The notes under the pieces: generated by a model
Database searches by the model: none
What the model was told of the DNA's origin: nothing
Seen by the model: only the letters and a program-made list of their open reading frames with translations
From: Eukaryota sp. TZLM1-RC
Taxonomy: Eukaryota; Protista; Metamonada: BaSk clade
Length of the DNA: 64,000 nt
Reading direction: 5' to 3'
Assembly: GCA_040285825.1 (NCBI GenBank)
Contig: JAUPSS010000007.1
Location: 2,082,689 to 2,146,688, forward strand
In this document: positions 46,201 through 56,076 of the stretch, piece after piece
Layout: the number at the start of each line of letters is the position of its first letter
Numbering within the stretch: position 1 is the stretch's first letter
Program-made: the position numbers and the translations under genes

Positions 46201-49200
46201 ATCCATTACGGATCAATTCGTTAAAAATTTCCTCGGTTACCCGTTGTTTTGCTGGGTTTAATCTTCGAGGTTTGCGTTTGACGATCTTACTTTCGTCGTA
46301 AAATGAAATGGTCATCGGCTGACAAATCTATTCCATCCGGCCATCCGGGTGAGGTAGCCCACTGAACACATCTCTGTATTCTTCTAGTAGCAAGACTAGA
46401 AATTCCTTGTCCCTAATGTCATCCAGGCATATTCTACAGCCCAACTCATCTGAATAATGTTTGAATGTGGAGTGCCCAATACTATTACCTAATATAGTTT
46501 TATTCTCCATTAAATCAATACCATTAATAGGTTGACAGATTCTGTCATCAAACTCACATTCTCCATTCAAGATGGTGCGATGTTCGCGGTCTAAACTAAT
46601 ATTAATACCGTGCTCCGTGCGCAGCCCCAAGGTATGTAAAAGGTCTCTTCCAATCAAAAAATTATTGGTACCTGGTGTGATTTGGAATTCGATCCTTAAA
46701 TACACTTGAGTGCCAAGCTACCCACATTGAGAGCAAGAACACCATTCGCACTTCCTAGATTCGTGGAGGGAATACCATTTGCTGATGGGTATTCGACGGT
46801 TTTATGCTCGTCAATTGTCATTCGACATTTTAAGGCTAAATCCATCGATACTGCTGAGAATTCAGCTCCATTATCGATTTCGCCTTGTATTTCCACGTTA
46901 TTTATTGAGCAGGTCAACCAGAGTTCCCCGTTAGGACTTACTTGGTCTCCTGTCACCCTGGATAGTCTAACACTGTGGATAGAACCCACATGATTGGATG
47001 ACTCTTTAAATCTGTTTAATGGATTTAGGTGTTTATAATTCGAGTCAATTTTGCTCAGTTTATTAATGGAATTGCACGAATTATTAGTAAGATTAAAAGA
47101 TGAATATTCATCTGATTTATTATCTACATTACCACGTTTACTACCATCTCCTCCTCTTCGTGTCTTACTTCCGGGTCTGCCAACGACGGAGGAGCATTTT
47201 TCTTCAGCATGTTTATCTGTATTACAGATGCTGCACCATTGCCCAGATGGGGTTTCCTTGGGATGATGTTTGATGTTTACCTCTACCGCCACCTCTAGAA
47301 TTTCTAGCATGACCTCTGGAGGGACCTCTTGACTGGCTTGGTCCTCTGAACGAAGGCTTGTTTCGAAATAATATTTTGACATTAGACAGTTCCAAATTTT
47401 GGTATTCTGTCATCTTCTGAGTAAAAGCTTGCCCTAAATTGTAGATAGCATCGCTAAGTTTTCTAACATTTTTCTTTCCTGGAGGAAATTCGTCAATCCA
47501 AATTGCATAGGTATTGACTAGTTGATTGTTAGTTTTCTTGTTAATCTCCTGTCAAATGAATCTAGCAGGGTAAACAACTGAGGGCTGCCCATCGGTTCCC
47601 GGCATAGCGGTTGACCGTCTTATGATATAAACAAATTGTTGGATAAAAGTGTTCCAAATTACCTCCGCAGATTTGTGACTAATCTCGGGTGGTTTTGTGG
47701 CTGATATAGGAGCATGAACTTCAAAAATTGTTCTATATTGGGTGCTAAATAACAAGAATTCCCAAATCTCGTGGTCGGTTGCATTTCTATATAACGGTTC
47801 TTTGCGACCTACAAGACGAGTTTTCCATTGATTCATAACTGTGCCCTCGATCATTTCGCTCAAATATAAAGGATCGACTTCATAAAACATCGAACGTACG
47901 AAATCAAATTCGTGGATTGGCTCTCCATATTTGGTGATCGGCTGAAAAGGTCTAATATGTCCATCTTGGTCCCTTTTGGTTTTAGCCCAATTTGCAAAAA
48001 TTACCACAAAATCGGAAATTCTCTTGGAATCAAACCCATCATCCAATTTTTTTGTTGTGTTTTCCTTTCTTCTTTTTTCTTGATGAGTTTTTTTTCATCA
48101 GTGAATGGTTTGGTGTATACACCAGAGGAAAGAACTAAAGGGTCTCTTGGTATGTTAGTCGAAGGACTACTAGCTACCAAGGGAATAGTGGGAGGGACAG
48201 GAGTACTCTGTCCAGAAGCGTGTGCAGATGATCGTCTTCTTCCTAGATACGGTGCTACTGAAGGAGTCGAGAATTACAATTGATTTGCTTCTTCAGATGG
48301 TAGCGACTCGTTTAAGTCTAAGATTTGGTGATATTTGGGTGGATCATCCTGCTCAGGCAACTTCTTAGTGTCAGGTTTAAAAGTAGCCCAGTCTGGAGCA
48401 TCTTTAGAACCTTGAGGGACTCCATCCACATGATGTTTATAAGGGAGGCAACTACTCTTGACCAGGACATTTTTAAAAACTCTCTGATCTGGGTAGCTAT
48501 TAACCCAAGCTTTGAGCTTAACTATCCAAGGATCTGGATAAACCAGTTTTATATTATTAGGTCCTACCCTTTGTTCAACTAATTCAATGATCTTAGTGTT
48601 TTTTATTCTCACAAAGGCTTCCTTGCGGTGAAATTGAATTGTATTTCCGCAATCAGCAACGAACATACTACCTAATAGTGTTAACACATCCGTCATTCTA
48701 TCCTTAGGATGAATGTTTTCAACAAGGAAGTGTCTTACTGCTCCTCTCATCATACGGCCTGCATGGTGATGAGGGCACATTTTGGCAATCCAAAACATAC
48801 GATCATCTTCCAACTCGTTGCCTAGGGAATATTGATTCGTAGCACGGATCCGTTGATCAGGAATGGCATCTCTGTGCCAAAACTGTGGTTTTGGGGTAGC
48901 AGCCTATATATTTCGATCGTGGGTTGTCGAAGTAACAATTCTCAGGATCTTCTGCTACATACTGGACTGCACATTCAGAACATTGATCTAGCCTAGTTAA
49001 CATATCCGGGCTTTGATCTTGTTCTTGGTGAACTACATCGTCCATGGTATAACCACGCGAGCTACCAAAGAGGAAGGGTCATCTTTTCTTTAAGAACTCG
49101 TCCCTGTCTCCTACGTAACTGGGGTCCGAGAGAATATTTGCCTCTGTCTCAATGGTTTTGACGAATTCGTCATCACTCCAATCCCTAATATCATCGGGTG

Positions 49201-49822
49201 GAGAGGCTCGAATATTTAGGAGGAACTCCTGAACGACAAGGGTTACCTTCCTTCTTAATTGTTTACGGTACCACTCTTGAGAAGTGCGGTATTCCGTATC
49301 TGTCCAATATGCAGAAGAGGATGGGCGTCTGGGTGGTTCATCACCATTCCCGTCACCGTCACTGTCGTTAGGGTTGTCCTCGCCCTGCTGAGATGTAACC
49401 GTAGTGACTGGCTGATTTTCTACTTTTGGTTCACCAGTATCAGAAGGAGGAGGGTTTGGATTCAAGGAACCCGTGCCTTCCCCATCAACTGGTTTGACGA
49501 AAAGCTCAGTGTTGGTTCCTTTACCCGGTACGAGCTTTGCTCCATTAGGAAGCGTGTTATTGGGGTCGTACCCGGGAAAAAGGTTCCCATGGTTACTCTC
49601 ATTCTGAGGGGACGCTCTCTTTTCGAGGGAAGGGCTACTCTCGTTCTGAGGGGACGCTGTTTTCCCGAGGGAAGGGCTACTCTCCGTCGAGGGAGGTTTA
49701 CTCACCGTGGGTGGTGGCGGATTGTTCTCCTTCAAAGAAGGGATATAACTCTTCCTCAGAGAGGAAGGAGAGTTATCATTGTGGCCTTTTGGGCCATTAA
49801 ATAATGATGCCGTCTGTGTCAT
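43267..49822 (-). pseudogene. Fragmented gag-pol of family 2
   Basis: Pieces include CSIC-x4-H-x4-C, GEIDNGA, LDLTKAFWQ, YIDD, ADASD, DTIGP/SDNG/NGLVER; many stops and frameshifts. Confidence 0.9.
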
Positions 49823-49941
49823 ATGATAACAAAGAGTAAGGATAAGTTTATTTGAATTTCACCTGCCCTTATTAAGGCCATCACTAGTGAAGTATACTAT
49901 CTAAATACAAATGTACCAGACTAATTGTCCACAGTACAACA
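49805..49941 (-). repeat. 5' LTR, family 2
   Basis: Direct repeat of 43130-43266. Confidence 0.93.
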
Positions 49942-49974
49942 TATATATATATATATAAAATAAACAAAAAGAAA

Positions 49975-50105
49975 CAGATGAGTTGTATTCATAAACTCAG
50001 TGAACTGAATTCACCAAAAGGTAAGGTTATTGCTGGAGTAGAACCAAAAGAATGTGATTCGAAAATACTATCCGTTCCTTACAGCCTGAATCAGGAAGAA
50101 AAACC
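49975..50105 (+). pseudogene. Decayed Fanzor fragment (right part, RuvC-I remnant)
   Basis: DELY / IHKLSELNSPKGKVIAGVEP...YSLNQ parallels DLYIDDVDVDTFQDKRIVVCDPG and YTQNQ. Confidence 0.55.
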
Positions 50106-50426
50106 TTACCAGATTGACCAAATCAAATGCTGCAGAATTGAGTATCTTTGAGTCCCAAGGAACCAATATTACTGAATATACAGAATTCAAAAAAATAAGA
50201 TTCGTGTGAAAAAATAAAGAATATTAAACAAAAAAAGATCCAACTAAAAGAAAAGATTCAAAAAAAACGAAGATCTAAAAAAATGAATGCTTAGACTATT
50301 AACATGGATAGAATATTTTTGAATGTATTTTTCGAGTTACCAACCCAACTTTTGCCGGGTTACATCCAAAATTATTAAAAAAATCTACAAATCAAATTTA
50401 TTACAAGGCCGCAACATAATGAAAAT

Positions 50427-51563
50427 CTAAGAATCTAAGTCCTGGGACACAGTTCCACTACCATCGTAGTGTTCGTAAGGCGGGAACAAGCCCATTTCCA
50501 GAGCGAAATCCAATTGTGGCTTGACTGTATCAACAGTGAGGTAAGGAACTTCATAATTGAAACCGGTCTTCTCGATAGCCTCCCCATTGACAGATAGTGG
50601 ATGATTATACAACAATTCTTGGTCCAAAAATGCATTAAAAGGCGTTACATTGATCTTAGCTTCAGCAACCATTTTGGCCCAAACCTCTCCATGCATTCCA
50701 TTAACTCTAGCAGTGGTGTGCTTCATTGAGGTGGACGCCAAACGACAGAGCATTGCATTCTTGAACCCAGTTTTAATTCCAAATAATTGTTCCAAAATTT
50801 CGTTAACTTTACGCTGATTGGTATCATTCTTATCCACGAGGTTGAATACAGAACCAGGAGGTGCTTCCAAGCAACAATGCCACGTGGCACGGGCAACATC
50901 ATCCACATGAACAGTGTTGAGCCTCAAGTCGCCCGACCAGAGAAGCTCCATTGTTTTCCCAATGTACTTATAGACGGCAGCAATGGAAATTCTTGGCATT
51001 ATTCCAAAAGTGTCACCGACACCATAGATAACTGCGGGACGGAGTATAACAAGGGGCAGGCCATTCATTGCAGAGAGTTGTTGTTCTGATTCCGAATGGA
51101 CTGCGGCAATGTTAGTCCAAGGCTTCATCTTATCATTTTCCTTGGATGCCTTGTCCTTGGGGGCATAGACCTGAGCAGTGGAGAAGTGAATAAACTTCTT
51201 GACTCCAGCTTTAATGGCAGCTTCAGCAGCAAGTTTAGATGGAACAAGATGACGTTGACGGTAGACGTCCACAGATTGTCCATATTTGGTATCGGCAGTG
51301 AGGTTGATGACGAAATCCCAAGAACCGCTTTGGAGGGTAAAAGCTTTCTCAACCCCAGCAGGATTAGCAAGGTTAGATTGCATATATTCAACAGTGTGAT
51401 GGTTGACGGCTGATTCTTGTCTAGGAGAAAGATTGGCTACCACGGGCATAGTTTTGTCAACAATACGAATGTAAGAACAGACATTAGATTCCACAAGATA
51501 TGTGACAATGTTACGGCCGACAAAGCCTAAACCACCGAGCAAAAGAACGTTAAATTGTGTCAT
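50427..51563 (-). CDS. NAD-dependent epimerase/dehydratase (extended SDR)
   Basis: VLLLGGLGFVG Rossmann motif, FSTAQVY, LRPAVIYG, VHVDDVA. Confidence 0.9.
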   Translation of the reverse strand: MTQFNVLLLGGLGFVGRNIVTYLVESNVCSYIRIVDKTMPVVANLSPRQESAVNHHTVEYMQSNLANPAGVEKAFTLQSGSWDFVINLTADTKYGQSVDVYRQRHLVPSKLAAEAAIKAGVKKFIHFSTAQVYAPKDKASKENDKMKPWTNIAAVHSESEQQLSAMNGLPLVILRPAVIYGVGDTFGIMPRISIAAVYKYIGKTMELLWSGDLRLNTVHVDDVARATWHCCLEAPPGSVFNLVDKNDTNQRKVNEILEQLFGIKTGFKNAMLCRLASTSMKHTTARVNGMHGEVWAKMVAEAKINVTPFNAFLDQELLYNHPLSVNGEAIEKTGFNYEVPYLTVDTVKPQLDFALEMGLFPPYEHYDGSGTVSQDLDS

Positions 51564-51929
51564 TTGGGTGTAGTGGTAAGATATGAATGAGTAAGAGTAA
51601 TGGTAAAATGGATTCTAAAAGTGAAACTAAAAGTGAGAACGTGATGACACGTTTAACATTTCATCAATTAGTCAAAAATTTTGTCAACTGTCAATAAGTT
51701 GTGGACACTTGGTCAGCGTTGTAGTAAGGATAACAACGAAATGGAATCAGATGGGCTGTTGGTAAGTTGCTACTGCTGTTTAAAGAAAAAAGTTTTGATC
51801 AATGAACTCTAACCCTATTTGTGGATGCGAAAAACAATGCAGTGTTAAAGTAAGGAGCTGTTCCACATATGGAAAAATCAATCTCTTCAAATTCATTTAG
51901 GTCCAAAAACTATTAAATTAAACTAAAAC

Positions 51930-53258
51930 CTAAGCAGAAAATCTCCTAATATAATCTATTAAATCAGCTATACCTACCTCTTCCTGTTTTTCTTCCCTTA
52001 AATTCTTGACACTTACACAACCCTTGGCAAGTTCATCTTCACCTACAAGAATCAAAAAAGGAATATAATTATTCAAACAATAAGTTAGTTGGGCATCCAT
52101 TCTAGGTTTTTCCTTTGGAAAATATTCTGCAGAGATATCATTCTCCCATAAAAGACTAGCAATCTTGATCCTTTCCAGCAGCAGTTCACGACCTTTTCCA
52201 GGAGAGCCGACGTAAGCCAGGACATGGGGCTTTTGGAGAACTTTCAAGCGGTCGCCAGCCAAGGCAAAGATACGTTCAATCCCTATACTCATTCCCACTG
52301 CTGGGGTTGCTTTTGAAGAGAACATGGAGAGCAAGTCATCGTAGCGGCCTCCTCCTCCAATAGAACCTCCTGTTGGTTTCCCCCTGGTATCAATGAGTTT
52401 AGCTTCAATGACAATGCCGGTGTAGTAGTCTAATCCACGTGCAAGAGAACAATCAAATTTGATAAGTTCATAAATAGAGGGCATTAATCGCAAAATTTCA
52501 AACAGCTGTTCCATATCGGAAAGTGCCTTCTGAGCAACTTCCCCAATAGGCAGTTCTTTTATTCGTGCCAGCAACTCCATGGGATCAGTACTATTAAGCT
52601 GAACAAAGTCTTTAAGTGAATCTAATTGTTCATCATTGAGACCTTTTTCCTTAAGCTCTTCTGCCACCACTGGCCACGGATGCTTATCAAGTTTATCAAT
52701 AGACGAGCAGACGGGCTTGAATAGATCGTTGGAGATGCCAGCTACAGTCAGTGCAGCATCCAAGAAACCTCGGTGGTTAACATAAATTACAAAATCACCA
52801 ATGTCAACACTTTTCAACACTTCTGCCATGACAGTAACGACTTCTGCATCAGGAACCATGGATGCATAGTTACCAGCAATATCAAAGTCACATTGGTAAA
52901 ATTCTCGAAACCTTCCTTTTCCAGGTTGGTCCCTGCGATAGACTTTACCAATGTGATAACGTTTGATATTGTCAACGGCGTTGGAGGCAACAAACCTGGC
53001 AAATGGGACAGTTAGATCGTATCGAAGACAACAAATCTCACCACCTTGGTCAGCTAGTTCGTAAACAAGCTTTTGTTCTTCACCATACTTGCCCATGAGA
53101 GTATCTTTGAGTTCAAAGACTGGGGTATCAATTGAGACTGCACCATGTTTTTGAAAAACAGATTTGATTTGTTCAAGAACGGTTTCCCGGACCTTCATCT
53201 CTGCAGGGCCAAAATCACGGGTGCCTTTAGGAGGTTTAGGTTTAGCTTTGCGTGGCAT
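51930..53258 (-). CDS. HARS: Histidyl-tRNA synthetase, eukaryotic cytosolic type
   Basis: PKGTRD, LRYDLTVPFAR, YRRD..GRFREFYQCDFD, RGLDYYTG, GGGRYD, IGIER. Confidence 0.98.
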   Translation of the reverse strand: MPRKAKPKPPKGTRDFGPAEMKVRETVLEQIKSVFQKHGAVSIDTPVFELKDTLMGKYGEEQKLVYELADQGGEICCLRYDLTVPFARFVASNAVDNIKRYHIGKVYRRDQPGKGRFREFYQCDFDIAGNYASMVPDAEVVTVMAEVLKSVDIGDFVIYVNHRGFLDAALTVAGISNDLFKPVCSSIDKLDKHPWPVVAEELKEKGLNDEQLDSLKDFVQLNSTDPMELLARIKELPIGEVAQKALSDMEQLFEILRLMPSIYELIKFDCSLARGLDYYTGIVIEAKLIDTRGKPTGGSIGGGGRYDDLLSMFSSKATPAVGMSIGIERIFALAGDRLKVLQKPHVLAYVGSPGKGRELLLERIKIASLLWENDISAEYFPKEKPRMDAQLTYCLNNYIPFLILVGEDELAKGCVSVKNLREEKQEEVGIADLIDYIRRFSA

Positions 53259-53562
53259 TGGTTAAAGAAAGAGTAATGTGTAGGAGTAAGACAAGAAAGG
53301 AGGAATTTATAAAAATGATTTTGAGGAGTCAAAATTATCATTGAAAATGAAAAATAGAATTGTGTAGTCTAGCAGGGGAGTTTCTGCTGAAAAATAGGCA
53401 TTGAGTCTCTTTACTATTGAATGGCCATGTCTTAATTTTTTATTGCACTTTATGTCCTTATTGAACAACAATAGAATACTGGTCATCATCAGCAAATGTA
53501 TCAGCAAGATGAACAATGCAAATGAAACAATACAAACGTCACTAAAATAACAAATCAGCAAC

Positions 53563-54203
53563 TCAAATTAAAAAGAAAGCGGGATTGTGGCCGGAAAGAT
53601 ACATTTGCCCAGAAGCTCTGTTGAGGAGATGAATGAGCAGCCTGAGTTTACAGAAACTAAAACTTTTGAAAAACTTTTATTTATTTTTAATTTTTGTATT
53701 GAATTTTTAATTTAAAAACAAAAAAACTAGAAAAAAACAATGAAAGGATTTGATATTTTTTTGGCGTTCACGGATTCAATTTGCCATTATTAATAGATTA
53801 CCTCGGTTTTTCAATCGAATTAGAGAAGCTTTAGCTAGACAGCAAGCAGATCAAGATTTTGTAGAGGAAATCTTGGTTCAATGATAGTCGTCCCATTAGT
53901 TATGAGTTAATTTAATTAAGTGTGCAAATTCAATAAATACAATTTTTAATTTTTTAAAAACTTTTGAGACCGATCTACAAATGCCTTAGTAGCATTTGGT
54001 AGATCCTCTTTGATACAACAAGTTGCGAGGTTTTGTTCTGTGAAAGCAGTAGGTGTATTTGAGTGAGGTAGCCCATTGATGAAGATCATGATTGTCTTTG
54101 TCAAATGACGCTACATGTCTCTTACAGCCTGTGAGTATACATTGAGAAAGTTGAAAACAGGAGTGAATTTCACAGGGTAATGCATGATATGTGAAATTTG
54201 CAG
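53563..54203 (+). mobile_element. 3'-terminal remnant of the 29.5-kb Fanzor family (last ~22 codons plus omegaRNA region)
   Basis: QIKKKAGLWPERYICPEALLRR* and downstream sequence match the reverse complement of 29219-29561. Confidence 0.92.
53670..53956 (+). mobile_element. 5'-truncated CRE-like insertion with 11-bp TSD AAAACTTTTGA
   Basis: About 53729-53939 matches 22198-22408; TSD copies at 53659-53669 and 53957-53967; single copy of the site in the uninterrupted 29.46-kb locus. Confidence 0.85.
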
Positions 54204-54261
54204 TTCCAAAGAAATAAACACCTCTAAATCTATTGCCACCATTTTATATTGCTCTTAGCTG

Positions 54262-55413
54262 ATGTCCTTTGAATCTGACTTTTCTAATTATCTGGAGGCT
54301 GTTGCTACTGCTGCAGATGAAACTTCCTCTCCTGTAAATCTTCGTACCACTAAACAAGAAGCCAGCTTTGCTTCTATAGATAACCTTGATACTTGCATTG
54401 CTTTCATCAATTCCGCCTTAGGAGCCCTCAACTTACCTTCTCCCCTCACTTTTTTTGACCCAACTACTGAAGATATAATCAACACCATCAACTCTATCCA
54501 CGGCCTTTTACAACTTCGACAGTCCGAAATCTCTCGAACAAAAGACCTAGAAGCTAACATTACCAAACTGTCCTCTGAGAAGCACACCCTACTTACTAAA
54601 CTGAAGCTTAGCGAACGAGAAGTACAACAGTCACAGTCTCAACTAGCCCAAACTGAGCAGAAGTTTCTTCGGTTAAAAGAAGAGTATCAGTTCTTGCAAC
54701 GAAGAAGCACCTCTGACAGGGAAGCTTACACCAGGACAGTTAGTAGCTTGGAGCAGCGAGATGTACAACATACGCATCAAGTTAAGAAGTTGGAACTTGC
54801 GAATTCAAAATTACAAAGCAGACTAGATGGGTTTATAAGAAATCAAAATCAATCAATCAATCCGATTGTGACCTCCTCTCGGCCTCTTATTGACCCTCTA
54901 GCTGAGACATTTAGCCCAAGAAAGAAGTGGAATCAGAATGAAGAAGGACCGAGATCAAGTGTTTTGTCTGCGCCATTAGAAAAAAGGAATTTAGATTTGT
55001 TGAGGGAGAATAATCAGTTGAGACAGTTGTTGAAAGAGTCCCAGCAGTCAAGTATCACGTTTGCAGGTCAGAATTCTACGTCATCAGATCACATTTATGA
55101 GCTACCGTATAGGGTAGGTAAAAGTCCAATGTTGAAGAATACGGTAAGTAATCAATCAATTGAGGGTTTGATTGGCACCCTGATTCACAGAATTGATGGT
55201 AATGATGATTACAAACCACTTGCCAATATTCTTTCAAAATATTCGAGTCAAGGGAATTCTTCTGACTTTAATGAACTTTTGAACTGTTTGGATCGTGAGC
55301 AAGAAGAACTTAGTCAAAGAGGTTCCTTTTCACTTTCTGAGATAGCTACACCAGGCATTGGAATTTCTTCTCCTTTGAGAGAATTGGAGAATTGCTTAGA
55401 TGATGAAGGCTAA
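54262..55413 (+). CDS. Coiled-coil protein, ADIP/SSX2IP/Msd1-like
   Basis: NLDTCIAFINSALGAL.LPSPL...IINTINSIHGLLQLRQ followed by a long coiled coil. Confidence 0.7.
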   Translation: MSFESDFSNYLEAVATAADETSSPVNLRTTKQEASFASIDNLDTCIAFINSALGALNLPSPLTFFDPTTEDIINTINSIHGLLQLRQSEISRTKDLEANITKLSSEKHTLLTKLKLSEREVQQSQSQLAQTEQKFLRLKEEYQFLQRRSTSDREAYTRTVSSLEQRDVQHTHQVKKLELANSKLQSRLDGFIRNQNQSINPIVTSSRPLIDPLAETFSPRKKWNQNEEGPRSSVLSAPLEKRNLDLLRENNQLRQLLKESQQSSITFAGQNSTSSDHIYELPYRVGKSPMLKNTVSNQSIEGLIGTLIHRIDGNDDYKPLANILSKYSSQGNSSDFNELLNCLDREQEELSQRGSFSLSEIATPGIGISSPLRELENCLDDEG

Positions 55414-55748
55414 GTCAAAGGCCTTGGGTTGGTCTTTTATTTATATTATTTCTTTTATTTGGTCCTTTTTTTCTGTAATTTATTTTAATTGTTCTTTGTG
55501 TGTTTTGTAAAGATTTTTTTATTTGTTGAGCAAGTTTTAGATTTTTTGACAGACATACACAGTAAAAGGATTGTAATAAATTGACGAGTGCTTTTTACAC
55601 AACTAATTCAATTCCAATAACAGTCTCAACAGTCTCTAATATATCAAACTGCAATACTTAAGTGTACTTCTTTTCAACATAAAATGTGGAGAGCGTCACT
55701 ACAATCCTTTCCGAAACATTTGTCTGATGTTCTCACAACATACTACCT

Positions 55749-55810
55749 ATGTTTTTCTTTGTTTTTTCTCTTTTTATGTTTTTCTTTGTTTTTTCTCTTT
55801 TTATGTTTTT
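55749..55810. repeat. 27-bp T-rich tandem duplication
   Basis: ATGTTTTTCTTTGTTTTTTCTCTTTTT repeated about 2.3 times. Confidence 0.8.
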
Positions 55811-56076
55811 TGTATTATTTTAGAGGATACGGATACCAAAAATGTTATTTCAAATCCTCAAAGAAGAGTTTCGAGATAATGAGATTATCTTGGATTAAAT
55901 CAATTTCACCAAACACGGTATTTTTCATTCATCAAGAATTGTCAAATATCTAACAAGTCAAGTTATGGGTATTTTCATGATATGACTATGTCTAAGAGAA
56001 TAATGAATAAGGTTAGTTGCCTGGCTAGTATTAGAATTGATTGCTGAAACTAACAAAAAAATGAAAATTTTGCAAT

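Larger units (their letters stand above)
43130..49941 (-). mobile_element. Ty3/gypsy LTR retrotransposon family 2, full length, degenerate
   Basis: 137-bp TG...CA LTRs (6 mismatches), probable 4-bp TSD TATA, PPT at 43267-43284, gag CCHC-PR-RT(YIDD)-RH-IN. Confidence 0.94.
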
